A DNA stretch of 64,000 nt, taken from positions 1 through 64,000 of the forward strand of contig JBNRMN010000082.1 in NCBI GenBank assembly GCA_050309605.1. The letters run 5' to 3'. Under the pieces are notes generated by a model. The model saw only the letters and a list, made by a program, of their open reading frames with translations. It ran no database searches and was not told the origin of the DNA. How positions within the stretch are numbered: the stretch's first letter is position 1; every line of letters begins with the position of its first letter. Of this stretch, positions 1 to 7,942 are shown one piece after another. This stretch comes from Anaerohalosphaeraceae bacterium. GTDB lineage: Bacteria > Planctomycetota > Phycisphaerae > Sedimentisphaerales > Anaerohalosphaeraceae. The translations under genes and the position numbers were made by a program.

Positions 1-42
1 CAAATTGTCAAAGAGCTTGGGCGACTACTGATCGCCGCATAA
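1..42 (+). CDS. 3' end of a gene cut by the window edge (…QIVKELGRLLIAA*); product unknown, possibly a transposase
   Basis: Open frame from base 1 to TAA at 40-42; too short to identify. Confidence 0.3.
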   Translation, partial: QIVKELGRLLIAA

Positions 43-71
43 ATCTATGTTTAAAAAATCAGTCAACTTGA

Positions 72-248
72 GTTACTTACAATAGTATACTCCAGTTGTT
101 TGACCATTTAGGGTTTAAAATTGTAAAAATTGAGGGAATTAATAAAAGTAAAAACAAAAAGATTTCTTTGTTCAACTGGCTTACCTTAGGTCGATTCCAG
201 GATACTTTATATTTACAATTTGCAGTTGTAGCGGAACCCAAACGATGA
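72..248 (+). pseudogene. 5'-truncated remnant of a class I SAM-dependent methyltransferase (C-terminal ~58 aa)
   Basis: Start-less frame VTYNSILQLFDHLGFKIVKIEGINKSKNKKISLFNWLTLGRFQDTLYLQFAVVAEPKR*. It resembles the C-terminus after the HLRFFT motif of polysaccharide-locus methyltransferases. Its TGA (246-248) overlaps the next ATG (245). In-frame TGA upstream at 69-71. Confidence 0.55.
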
Positions 249-1159
249 TCTCCTGCATTATTCTGACTTGCAATCAATTTGAAAATGCCACATTGCCCAT
301 GTGGGAAACGCTGATCCAGAGCTTACCGTCTGATGGATGGGAGGCTATTTTTGTTGACAACCATTCCAGTGATGAAACATGTGATTTCATTCGCCATCTT
401 CAGATGCAACATGGGAATGTCAAAGCAATTTTTAATTCCGATAATCTGGGTTTCAGCAAAGGGATGAATCAAGGGCTTTCTGTGGCAAAAGGAGATGTAT
501 TGTTTTTGATGAACAATGATATCCTGTTCCCTGCAAACTGGCTCAGTCCTGCTTTGACAGTTATTAACCGGCCGGAGGCGGGGTTGGTCAGTCCTGTGGT
601 GAATCGCTATGGCGATGGGATCACGGCCCGGAATTATGTTCAAAAAGCAGAAGCGATTTCACGTTCTTGTGGTCAAGGTGTCGCATATCAATGTTTTGTG
701 CCGTTTTGCTGTGTGGGTTTTCGCCGAGAGGTGTTTGAGCGAATTGGATATCTTGATGAGGCGTTTACCCCTGCATACTATGAAGATAATGATTACTGTT
801 TGCGATCGCTTTATTCAGGATACAAAAATGCCATTGCTTTGCAAAGCTTTGTATTTCATAATCACTGTCAAACATCCGGCAAGTTGTTGGATAGGACTGC
901 TATTCTAAAACGCAATCTGAGCTACTACTGTGAAAAACACCTGATCGCCCAGTATATTGAAACACTGAGAAATGAAAATAAATCTCTCAGAAAAAAGTTG
1001 CTATCTTACAGAATCAAAAAAATTGTCATAGAATTTATCTGCTTTTTTGTTTATTCGACCCGACGAAAGAAAACAATTCGAAATCGGTTAAAATATATAC
1101 TGCATTTGACTTCTAACGATAGTTGCAATTATGCTTCGAAAAATATTGATTATATCTGA
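245..1159 (+). CDS. Glycosyltransferase family 2
   Basis: IFVDNHSSD, NLGFSKGMNQG, LMNND, GYLDEAF..YYEDNDYCLR motifs. Confidence 0.9.
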   Translation: MISCIILTCNQFENATLPMWETLIQSLPSDGWEAIFVDNHSSDETCDFIRHLQMQHGNVKAIFNSDNLGFSKGMNQGLSVAKGDVLFLMNNDILFPANWLSPALTVINRPEAGLVSPVVNRYGDGITARNYVQKAEAISRSCGQGVAYQCFVPFCCVGFRREVFERIGYLDEAFTPAYYEDNDYCLRSLYSGYKNAIALQSFVFHNHCQTSGKLLDRTAILKRNLSYYCEKHLIAQYIETLRNENKSLRKKLLSYRIKKIVIEFICFFVYSTRRKKTIRNRLKYILHLTSNDSCNYASKNIDYI

Positions 1160-2165
1160 TATTTCAAACAGGTTAAAGACTACTTTTGTAGATCCAATTC
1201 CCAAATTGACCAAGGGATTTATTCGGCTCGGCCATGATGTGCGATGTCTGAGCTACGGCGGTATCCTGGCGCAGCTCAGTCCGTTTAAGAGCCGCAGTTT
1301 GTCCAGACTCTTGTGTAAAAAGAAAACAGATGAAACGATCTGTTGTTTTGCACAGCAGTATCGTCCGGATATGATATTGATTGGGTTTGCAAAATTTCTT
1401 GATGATGCAACAATCCGCTTGCTGCGAGAAAAGGTTCGCTCCGCCGTTTTTGTCGGCTTTGACGGCGATCTGTGGCCCGGCAGAAATCCCGGCCGTATTG
1501 AGGCGGCTCGGGAACTGGATGTTGTGTTGGCGACCAATAACGGCAGCTCGCTGGATGAATACCGGCAAGCCGGGGTTAAAAAGTGTGTCTTTCTCCCGAA
1601 TGTCTGCGATCCGGACTTGGATTATCGGTATCCGGTCAATGATCATATGCGTTCTGACATTCTCTGGACCGGAAAAGTGCAGCATAAAGGGAGTTTGAAC
1701 AGCGGCGATACGCTCCGTCAGGACGTGCTGAATCTGCTGGCGGCGGATTCACGTGCTCGGCTGTACGGCTGCTTGGGACGTCCGCAGATTGAAGGGCTTG
1801 ATTATCTGTACGCCATCAGCGGCGCCAAAATCGGCGTATCGATTAATGCCATCAATTCTGTTCCGTTGTATCATTCTGACCGTTTTACGCATTATACCGC
1901 CTGCGGCACGATGGTGCTGGCCAAGCGCGTGCCGGATACGGAACGGCTGATGGAAGACAAAAAGCACGTCGTCTATTTTGATACGCCGCAGGAATGTATG
2001 GAGCTGATTGATTGGTATCTCAGCCGCGAAGAGGAACGAAAACAAATCGCCGACGCCGGGATGCAGCGATGCCATACGTATTTTAATCCGACCCGCATTG
2101 CCGGTTATATTCTGGAGTTGGTTGAGCGAGGCCGCTATGAAGCTCCCTGGGGTGTTTTTGAATGA
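1131..2165 (+). CDS. GT-B glycosyltransferase (CgeB/Glyco_trans_1_2-like)
   Basis: C-terminal AKIGVSINA..YHSDRFTHYTACG..YFDTPQEC..EEERKQIADAG pattern. Confidence 0.8.
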   Translation: MLRKILIISDISNRLKTTFVDPIPKLTKGFIRLGHDVRCLSYGGILAQLSPFKSRSLSRLLCKKKTDETICCFAQQYRPDMILIGFAKFLDDATIRLLREKVRSAVFVGFDGDLWPGRNPGRIEAARELDVVLATNNGSSLDEYRQAGVKKCVFLPNVCDPDLDYRYPVNDHMRSDILWTGKVQHKGSLNSGDTLRQDVLNLLAADSRARLYGCLGRPQIEGLDYLYAISGAKIGVSINAINSVPLYHSDRFTHYTACGTMVLAKRVPDTERLMEDKKHVVYFDTPQECMELIDWYLSREEERKQIADAGMQRCHTYFNPTRIAGYILELVERGRYEAPWGVFE

Positions 2166-2247
2166 TAGGTATTGACAATATTGAAGGGAATTGCTTGTAT
2201 TGTGTCGGGAATGCGACGGATGAGTAATTTTTTGAAAGGATGCCTTT

Positions 2248-2931
2248 GTGCGACAGGTAGTTAAAGATTTTGCGGCGATTGTATCGGGCCTGCTGCCGAT
2301 TGAAGAGCCGGTTTATGAGTTCGGGGCCTTGCGGGTTGCCGGTCAGGAAGAATTCGCCGATCTTCGTCCGTTGTTTGCCGGCAAGGAATATGTCGGCGCC
2401 GATATGCGCGAGGGATTGGGCGTGGATAAGGTGCTCGATCTGCACACGATTGATCTGCCGGATGCATCGGTCGGGACCGTTTTGTGTCTGGATACGCTTG
2501 AGCATGTGGAGTATCCGCATACGGCGATGCGCGAAATCCACCGCATTCTCAAGCCCAATGGCATCGCGGTCATTTCAAGCGTGATGTTGTTTCGCATTCA
2601 TGCGTATCCGTATGATTACTGGCGCTTTACGCCGGAGGCGTTCCGGTCGCTTCTCAAGCCGTTTACGTCGGCGTTTGTCGGGTATGCGGGCGAGGAAAAC
2701 TTTCCTCACACGGTCGTCGGGGTCGGTTTCAAAGCAATGGGCCGATATTGGCGGAATTTGAAGAAAAATACCGAACTTGGCAGCGTCAGTTTTACCGTCC
2801 GGCAAGCATGTCCATCGGCAAGAAAATCCGGAGATTGCTTGTGCCTCCGCTGTTTTCCCGAAGCAGCCGCAAGGCACTGGGGCTTTGAACGATGCAGAGG
2901 AGGATGCAGTGAGCGCCAAAATCAAAATTGA
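2248..2931 (+). CDS. SAM-dependent methyltransferase (type 11-like); probably frameshifted near 2733, with the native end at 2888
   Basis: YEFGA..YVGADMREGLGVD..LDTLEHVEYP..LKPNG..HAYPYDYWRFT; the alternative frame gives a more protein-like C-terminus. Confidence 0.8.
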   Translation: MRQVVKDFAAIVSGLLPIEEPVYEFGALRVAGQEEFADLRPLFAGKEYVGADMREGLGVDKVLDLHTIDLPDASVGTVLCLDTLEHVEYPHTAMREIHRILKPNGIAVISSVMLFRIHAYPYDYWRFTPEAFRSLLKPFTSAFVGYAGEENFPHTVVGVGFKAMGRYWRNLKKNTELGSVSFTVRQACPSARKSGDCLCLRCFPEAAARHWGFERCRGGCSERQNQN

Positions 2932-3538
2932 TCTTGCCAAGCGGCTGGCCGGGGGGCGTGCAGTAGCGATTGAAATCGGCTGCGGGCCGAAGCGGCGCGA
3001 TGCGTCTGTGATTACAATTGACCGGGTGGATCTGGAGGCGGTGGATATTGTCGCGGATATCGAAAAGGGGCTTCCGTTTTTGCCGGATGGCAGTGTGGAT
3101 CGGCTGTATTGCCGCAGCGTACTTGAGCATATCGACCATTTCGAAGGGCTGCTCGGCGAGATGCTGCGGGTTCTGAGCGATGACGGCAGGGCGTATGTCT
3201 TTGTGCCGCATTTTTCCAATCCGTATTATTATTCCGATTATACCCACAAACGGTTTTTCGGATTGTATTCGTTTTACTATTTTGTCAGGCCGCAACAGCA
3301 GTTGCGGCGAAAAGTACCGACCTTTTATTCGGATATGCGAATAGAGATTGTGTCGCTGAAACTGGATTTTAAGACGCCGTTTTGGATATCGCGGCATCTG
3401 CGCAAAATGTTCGGTCTGTTGGTCAATAGCTGTCGGTGGATGCAGGAGTGTTACGAGTTGCATGGGTGCTATCTGGTTCCGTGTAACGGGATTGAGGTGG
3501 TCTTCAAGAAAGCCGCGGTGGAGGAACGCACGCCGTGA
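2909..3538 (+). CDS. SAM-dependent methyltransferase domain protein
   Basis: IEIGCG, VDIVADIEKGLPF, SVLEHI, VPHFSNPY..DYTHKRFF; GTG start at 2909 follows GAGGAGG. Confidence 0.85.
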   Translation: MSAKIKIDLAKRLAGGRAVAIEIGCGPKRRDASVITIDRVDLEAVDIVADIEKGLPFLPDGSVDRLYCRSVLEHIDHFEGLLGEMLRVLSDDGRAYVFVPHFSNPYYYSDYTHKRFFGLYSFYYFVRPQQQLRRKVPTFYSDMRIEIVSLKLDFKTPFWISRHLRKMFGLLVNSCRWMQECYELHGCYLVPCNGIEVVFKKAAVEERTP

Positions 3539-4539
3539 AGCTGCTGATTATCAGCAACAATCCGTCGCGTGCCAGTTTCCGTCTGCGGATCGGGGAGCAT
3601 TTGGAGGCGCTTGGGCGTGAGGGAATCGAGTCTGAGGTGTGCCCATTGCCGCCGGGGGCGTTGGCGCGACAGCGGTTGTTCAAGTCGTCGCGTGCGTACG
3701 ATGCCGTGCTGCTCCATCGCAAGTGTCTGAATTTTCGCGATGCGATGGTCTTGTGGCATTATCGGCCGAAATTGATTTTTGATTTTGATGATGCAATCAT
3801 GTATAGCCCTTCCCGTCCGCAGAGCGATTGCACCAGTCATTATCGTCTTTTTCGCCGCACCGCCCGAATGATGGATGTGATGATTGCCGGTAATGCCTAT
3901 CTGGCCGAACACGCCGGCCGATATTGCCGGCAGGTCGTCGTTTTGCCGACCGGTCTGGATGTGGCGGCCTATCGGGTTCAGGATAGCCCCAAACGCTCCG
4001 ATACCATTCGCTTGGTCTGGATCGGCAGTCAAAGCACCTTACAATATCTGGCGCAATTGAAGCCGGTGCTGGAGTCTGTCGGAAAAAAAAGAAAAAACGT
4101 TGTTCTTCGCATTATTGCCGACGCGTTCTTTGATTTGAATGAGATGCCCGTAGAACGGTGCCGCTGGTCGCTTATGACGCAGGCGGCCGATTTGGCGGCG
4201 TGTGATATAGGCCTTTCGCCGCTGCCGGATAACCGGTTTACCCGCGGTAAGTGCGGTTTTAAGCTGCTTCAGTATTTTGCAGCCGGGCTGCCGGTGGTCG
4301 CCTCGCCGGTCGGCGTCAATGCAGCCTTTATCAACGACAGCGGGGCGGGGCTTTCGGCTTCGACGTCGGATGAATGGACGGCGGCACTTGAGCGAATGAT
4401 TGACAACAACGACACCTATCGGCAATGGGGTCAAAACGGCCGACAATATGTACAGGCGTTTGATAAAAACGTCATAGCCCGGCAGTTGTGCCGCATCATA
4501 AAAGCGGCAGTCGAAAACCAATCGGAGACGATAAAATGA
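3535..4539 (+). CDS. Glycosyltransferase family 4
   Basis: FDFDDAI, VWIGS, DIGLSPL..RGKCGFKLLQYFAAGLPVVASPVG. Confidence 0.9.
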   Translation: MKLLIISNNPSRASFRLRIGEHLEALGREGIESEVCPLPPGALARQRLFKSSRAYDAVLLHRKCLNFRDAMVLWHYRPKLIFDFDDAIMYSPSRPQSDCTSHYRLFRRTARMMDVMIAGNAYLAEHAGRYCRQVVVLPTGLDVAAYRVQDSPKRSDTIRLVWIGSQSTLQYLAQLKPVLESVGKKRKNVVLRIIADAFFDLNEMPVERCRWSLMTQAADLAACDIGLSPLPDNRFTRGKCGFKLLQYFAAGLPVVASPVGVNAAFINDSGAGLSASTSDEWTAALERMIDNNDTYRQWGQNGRQYVQAFDKNVIARQLCRIIKAAVENQSETIK

Positions 4540-5423
4540 AAAGGCAGATGCTGAAAATAATGGGTGTGGCGATGGGCCTGATCGTTGGCACGGTTTCAGC
4601 GGTAAATTCAACACAGACAACTATTGCTCTGTGGGCTGACGGTGCACCGGCAGCGCTGGGCGATGCCGAAAAGGACTGTCCCACTTTAACCCTTTACCAA
4701 CCCGCAGCGGAAAATCGTATCCCTGCGGCGGTGATCATCTGTCCGGGTGGGGGATATGCCCGCCTGGCGATGGACCATGAAGGCGTACAAATCGCCGAAT
4801 GGCTCAATTCCATCGGCGTTACGGCCTTTATTCTTCGCTATCGTTTGCCGGCTGACGGCTATCGCCATCCGATTCCGTTGATGGATGCCCAGCGAGCAAT
4901 CCGCCTGGTGCGGTCGCGTGCGGCTGATTGGAACATCCAGCCGGACCGAATCGGTATTCTCGGGTTTTCGGCCGGCGGTCATCTGGCTTCAACCGCCGCG
5001 ACGCATTTTGACAAACCCGCTGCAACCGGATCTAAAGCGGACGCTGTCGATACACTGTCATGCAGGCCAGACTTTCACATTCTGATTTATCCGGTCATTT
5101 CGATGGATACGGCCATTACCCATCGCGGCTCGCGGAACAATCTTCTGGGACCGGAGCCTTCCGATGAGCTGGTGCGTCTGCTAAGCAATGAGCTTCAGAT
5201 AACCGCTGCAATGCCGCCGGCCTTTTTGGTTCATGCCAACGATGATAAGGCGGTGGTGCCCGAAAACAGCATTCGTTACTATCTCGGTTTGCGCCAAGCC
5301 GACGTCCCCGCAGAGCTGCATATCTATCTCAAAGGCGGGCATGGTTTTGGTATGCGCCCCTCAGCAGGCCCGGCGGCTGCCTGGACAGAATCCTGCCGAA
5401 AATGGCTTGGCCAATTAAGATGA
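4536..5423 (+). CDS. Secreted alpha/beta hydrolase (carbohydrate esterase, BD-FAE-like)
   Basis: Signal peptide; CPGGGY, GFSAGGH nucleophile elbow, D(DKAV), GGHGFG; ATGA overlap with the upstream gene. Confidence 0.85.
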   Translation: MKRQMLKIMGVAMGLIVGTVSAVNSTQTTIALWADGAPAALGDAEKDCPTLTLYQPAAENRIPAAVIICPGGGYARLAMDHEGVQIAEWLNSIGVTAFILRYRLPADGYRHPIPLMDAQRAIRLVRSRAADWNIQPDRIGILGFSAGGHLASTAATHFDKPAATGSKADAVDTLSCRPDFHILIYPVISMDTAITHRGSRNNLLGPEPSDELVRLLSNELQITAAMPPAFLVHANDDKAVVPENSIRYYLGLRQADVPAELHIYLKGGHGFGMRPSAGPAAAWTESCRKWLGQLR

Positions 5424-5452
5424 GGGCGGACCGTTGAGGTATTTGACGGGGA

Positions 5453-6562
5453 CTATTTTTTGGACGAGGTTGCCTGGGGCACATGGGGGGGCGTTTTGGC
5501 GGCGTCAAGCTGAGCCTTGAGCGACAGGCGGTCGGCCATGGCGGGTTTGGGTCGGTCCTCGGCGAATGCTGAGGCGGAAATACATGCGGCCCCGATGCTG
5601 CGAATCTTTCCGTAGCGGTTATTGACCAGCTTATCGACGGAGATGCGCTTAAGCTGAGTCAGGCTTTTGGTGATGAACTGCTCGACGTTGTAAATCGTGT
5701 CATGGATGTTGCGATGCGCCCCGCCGAGTGGTTCGGGAATGATTGCATCAACCAGTTTGAGTTTGAGCAACTCTTTTCCGGTCAGCTTCAGGGCGTCGGC
5801 TGCACGGGGGGCCTGGGTGCCGTCGTGCCAGAGTATGGCCGCACAGCCCTCCGGTGAAATAACCGAATAATAAGCATGTTCCAAAATCGCCAGCCGGTCG
5901 CCGACGCCGATGCCCAATGCGCCGCCGGAACCGCCTTCGCCGATGACCACGCAGACAATCGGCACGCGCAGCCGGCTCATCTCCATCAGATTGACGGCGA
6001 TCGCCTGGGCCTGGCCGCGTTCTTCAGCCCCGATGCCCGGATAGGCGCCTGGTGTATCAATCAGGGTGACCACCGGCAGGCCGAACTTCTCGGCCAGTTT
6101 CATTTTCGCCAGGGCCTTGCGATAGCCTTCCGGATTCGGGCAGCCGAAATTGCAGGCGACTTTCTCCTTGACTTCTTTTCCCTTATTCTGGCCAATAATC
6201 ATCACTTTTTGGCGGCCGATTTGCCCCAATGCCGTAACGATGGCCTTGTCGTCGCCGAAACACCGGTCGCCGTGGAGTATGCGGACGTCCTTGAACATTA
6301 AGTTCAAATAATCGCTGAAAATGGGACGCTGCGGATGCCGAGCGACCTGAACGGTTTGCCACGGCGTCAATTTCGAGTAAATCTCTTTGAGCAGTTGAGT
6401 CTGCCTGACCTGCAATTTGCGAATGGCCGGTGAGGCGTCGCCCTGCAAAGACTGTTGCGGGTTTTGTTTGCGCAACTGCTCGATTTGACGATCCAATTCG
6501 GCAATCTTGTCCTCAAAAGGCAGATATTGTAAAACTATATTTTTTGTGTCTCTAATTGCCAT
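5453..6562 (-). CDS. accA: Acetyl-CoA carboxylase carboxyltransferase subunit alpha
   Basis: ARHPQRP, PEGYRKA, LIDTPGAYPG..AEERGQ, GEGGSGGAL, YSVISPEGCAAILW. Confidence 0.97.
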   Translation of the reverse strand: MAIRDTKNIVLQYLPFEDKIAELDRQIEQLRKQNPQQSLQGDASPAIRKLQVRQTQLLKEIYSKLTPWQTVQVARHPQRPIFSDYLNLMFKDVRILHGDRCFGDDKAIVTALGQIGRQKVMIIGQNKGKEVKEKVACNFGCPNPEGYRKALAKMKLAEKFGLPVVTLIDTPGAYPGIGAEERGQAQAIAVNLMEMSRLRVPIVCVVIGEGGSGGALGIGVGDRLAILEHAYYSVISPEGCAAILWHDGTQAPRAADALKLTGKELLKLKLVDAIIPEPLGGAHRNIHDTIYNVEQFITKSLTQLKRISVDKLVNNRYGKIRSIGAACISASAFAEDRPKPAMADRLSLKAQLDAAKTPPHVPQATSSKK

Positions 6563-6720
6563 TTTTTTTCTCTGTCATTCAAAAAAATATTCCGGGCGCG
6601 CACTTCGTGTCCCAGAATTTCTTGATTTTCAATGCGGAATCTAAGCACACTCCATTGCTCGGTTCACATAGATTATGAACAAAAGTGTACCATAAATTCA
6701 TCCCAAAACAAAGAAAAAAA

Positions 6721-6749
6721 TTGACGCACCATCCCCATCTAAGTACAGT
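6721..6749 (+). promoter_or_regulatory. sigma70-like promoter for tyrA
   Basis: TTGACG-N17-TACAGT. Confidence 0.5.
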
Positions 6750-6855
6750 GGCCTGCAACAGTGCGGCGGCGCAGGCTGCCCAATCGAGTGAGATTCTATG
6801 GGAGTCGCAATCCGGCCGCGTGCGCGGCTCGGCTGTTGTTCGAGTAGCCTTTTCT

Positions 6856-7728
6856 ATGAATCAGTTAAATCAAGTTTCGATTATTGGTCTGGGTCTTTTG
6901 GGGGCCAGCGTATCGCTGTCGATTCGGCGGGCAATGCCTGGGGTCCGGGTTGTGGGGTATTCTCATCGGGAATCAACGCGACAGAAAGCTGCAGAACAGG
7001 ATATTCTGGATCGCGTTGAAGAGACGGTTCAGGCATGTGTCGAGTTTTCCGATCTGATTATATTAGCTTCACCGATTCGCACGTTTGAAGGATATTTTCG
7101 CGACATCGGGCCCTGCCTAAAGAAAGGGGCCTTTGTTACGGATGTCGGCTCGACCAAACGGATTGTTCATCAGTGGGCGGCGCGTTTTCTTCCAAAGCAG
7201 GTCAAATTTGTCGGGTCTCATCCGATTGCCGGCTCCGAAAAGCAGGGTCTGGACTTCGGTCGGGATGATTTACTCATTGGGGCGCGGTGCATTCTGACGC
7301 ATACCCGAACGACTGACCCTGAGGCGCTGGCCGTGGTGAAAACGTTTTGGAAAAAGCTCGGCTGTTCAATTGAAGTGATGAGTCCTTATGCCCATGATTT
7401 GGCGCTGGGGATGGTCAGCCATCTGCCGCATATCACGGCCGCGGCTCTGGTCAATGCCAACCAGTTAAAGGATTTGTATCGCTGCGGCAAGGGGTTCATC
7501 GATACCTCGCGCGTCGCGTCCGGCCCAGCCAATATCTGGACGGATATCCTCCTGACCAACAAACAGGGCTGTCTGCGGGGTATTTCCAAGCTGATAGTCG
7601 AACTGGAGCGATTCTACCATGCCATTGAGCAGGGCGATGAACAACAACTCGAAAAACTTCTCAACCAGGCCCGGCAGAAGCGCGAGCAGTTGATTGAATA
7701 TAAACTGGAAAAGAAGGAGTTGTTTTGA
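6856..7728 (+). CDS. tyrA: Prephenate/arogenate dehydrogenase
   Basis: IIGLGLLGAS, TDVGSTK, FVGSHPIAGSE, HD..VSHLPH, DTSRVASG. Confidence 0.92.
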   Translation: MNQLNQVSIIGLGLLGASVSLSIRRAMPGVRVVGYSHRESTRQKAAEQDILDRVEETVQACVEFSDLIILASPIRTFEGYFRDIGPCLKKGAFVTDVGSTKRIVHQWAARFLPKQVKFVGSHPIAGSEKQGLDFGRDDLLIGARCILTHTRTTDPEALAVVKTFWKKLGCSIEVMSPYAHDLALGMVSHLPHITAAALVNANQLKDLYRCGKGFIDTSRVASGPANIWTDILLTNKQGCLRGISKLIVELERFYHAIEQGDEQQLEKLLNQARQKREQLIEYKLEKKELF

Positions 7729-7828
7729 GTTTCAACAGCGCGGCAGCGCGAGCTGTCCGATGATGCGTGACGTCGTGGGCCTCGCTATCCGGTCGCTTGT
7801 GCGGCGCGGGTTTTGTTTTTGGTTTTGG

Positions 7829-7857
7829 TTGAGAAACGGGTTGATTCGGAGTAAAAT
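7829..7857 (+). promoter_or_regulatory. sigma70-like promoter for the purL operon
   Basis: TTGAGA-N17-TAAAAT. Confidence 0.45.
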
Positions 7858-7942
7858 ACTTGTTTTTATACCCCCTTGGCGGGGCGGGGCGTGGTGTATA
7901 TAGACATTTTTATATTACGGCACAGAAGAAAAGGACTTAATT

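Noticed and set aside
5453..5590. AccA C-terminal extension as a novel domain
   Set aside because: About 45 aa of low-complexity, probably disordered tail.
7730..7942. ZTP or purine riboswitch upstream of purL
   Set aside because: The conserved motifs of these riboswitches were not found; only weak GC-rich pairing.
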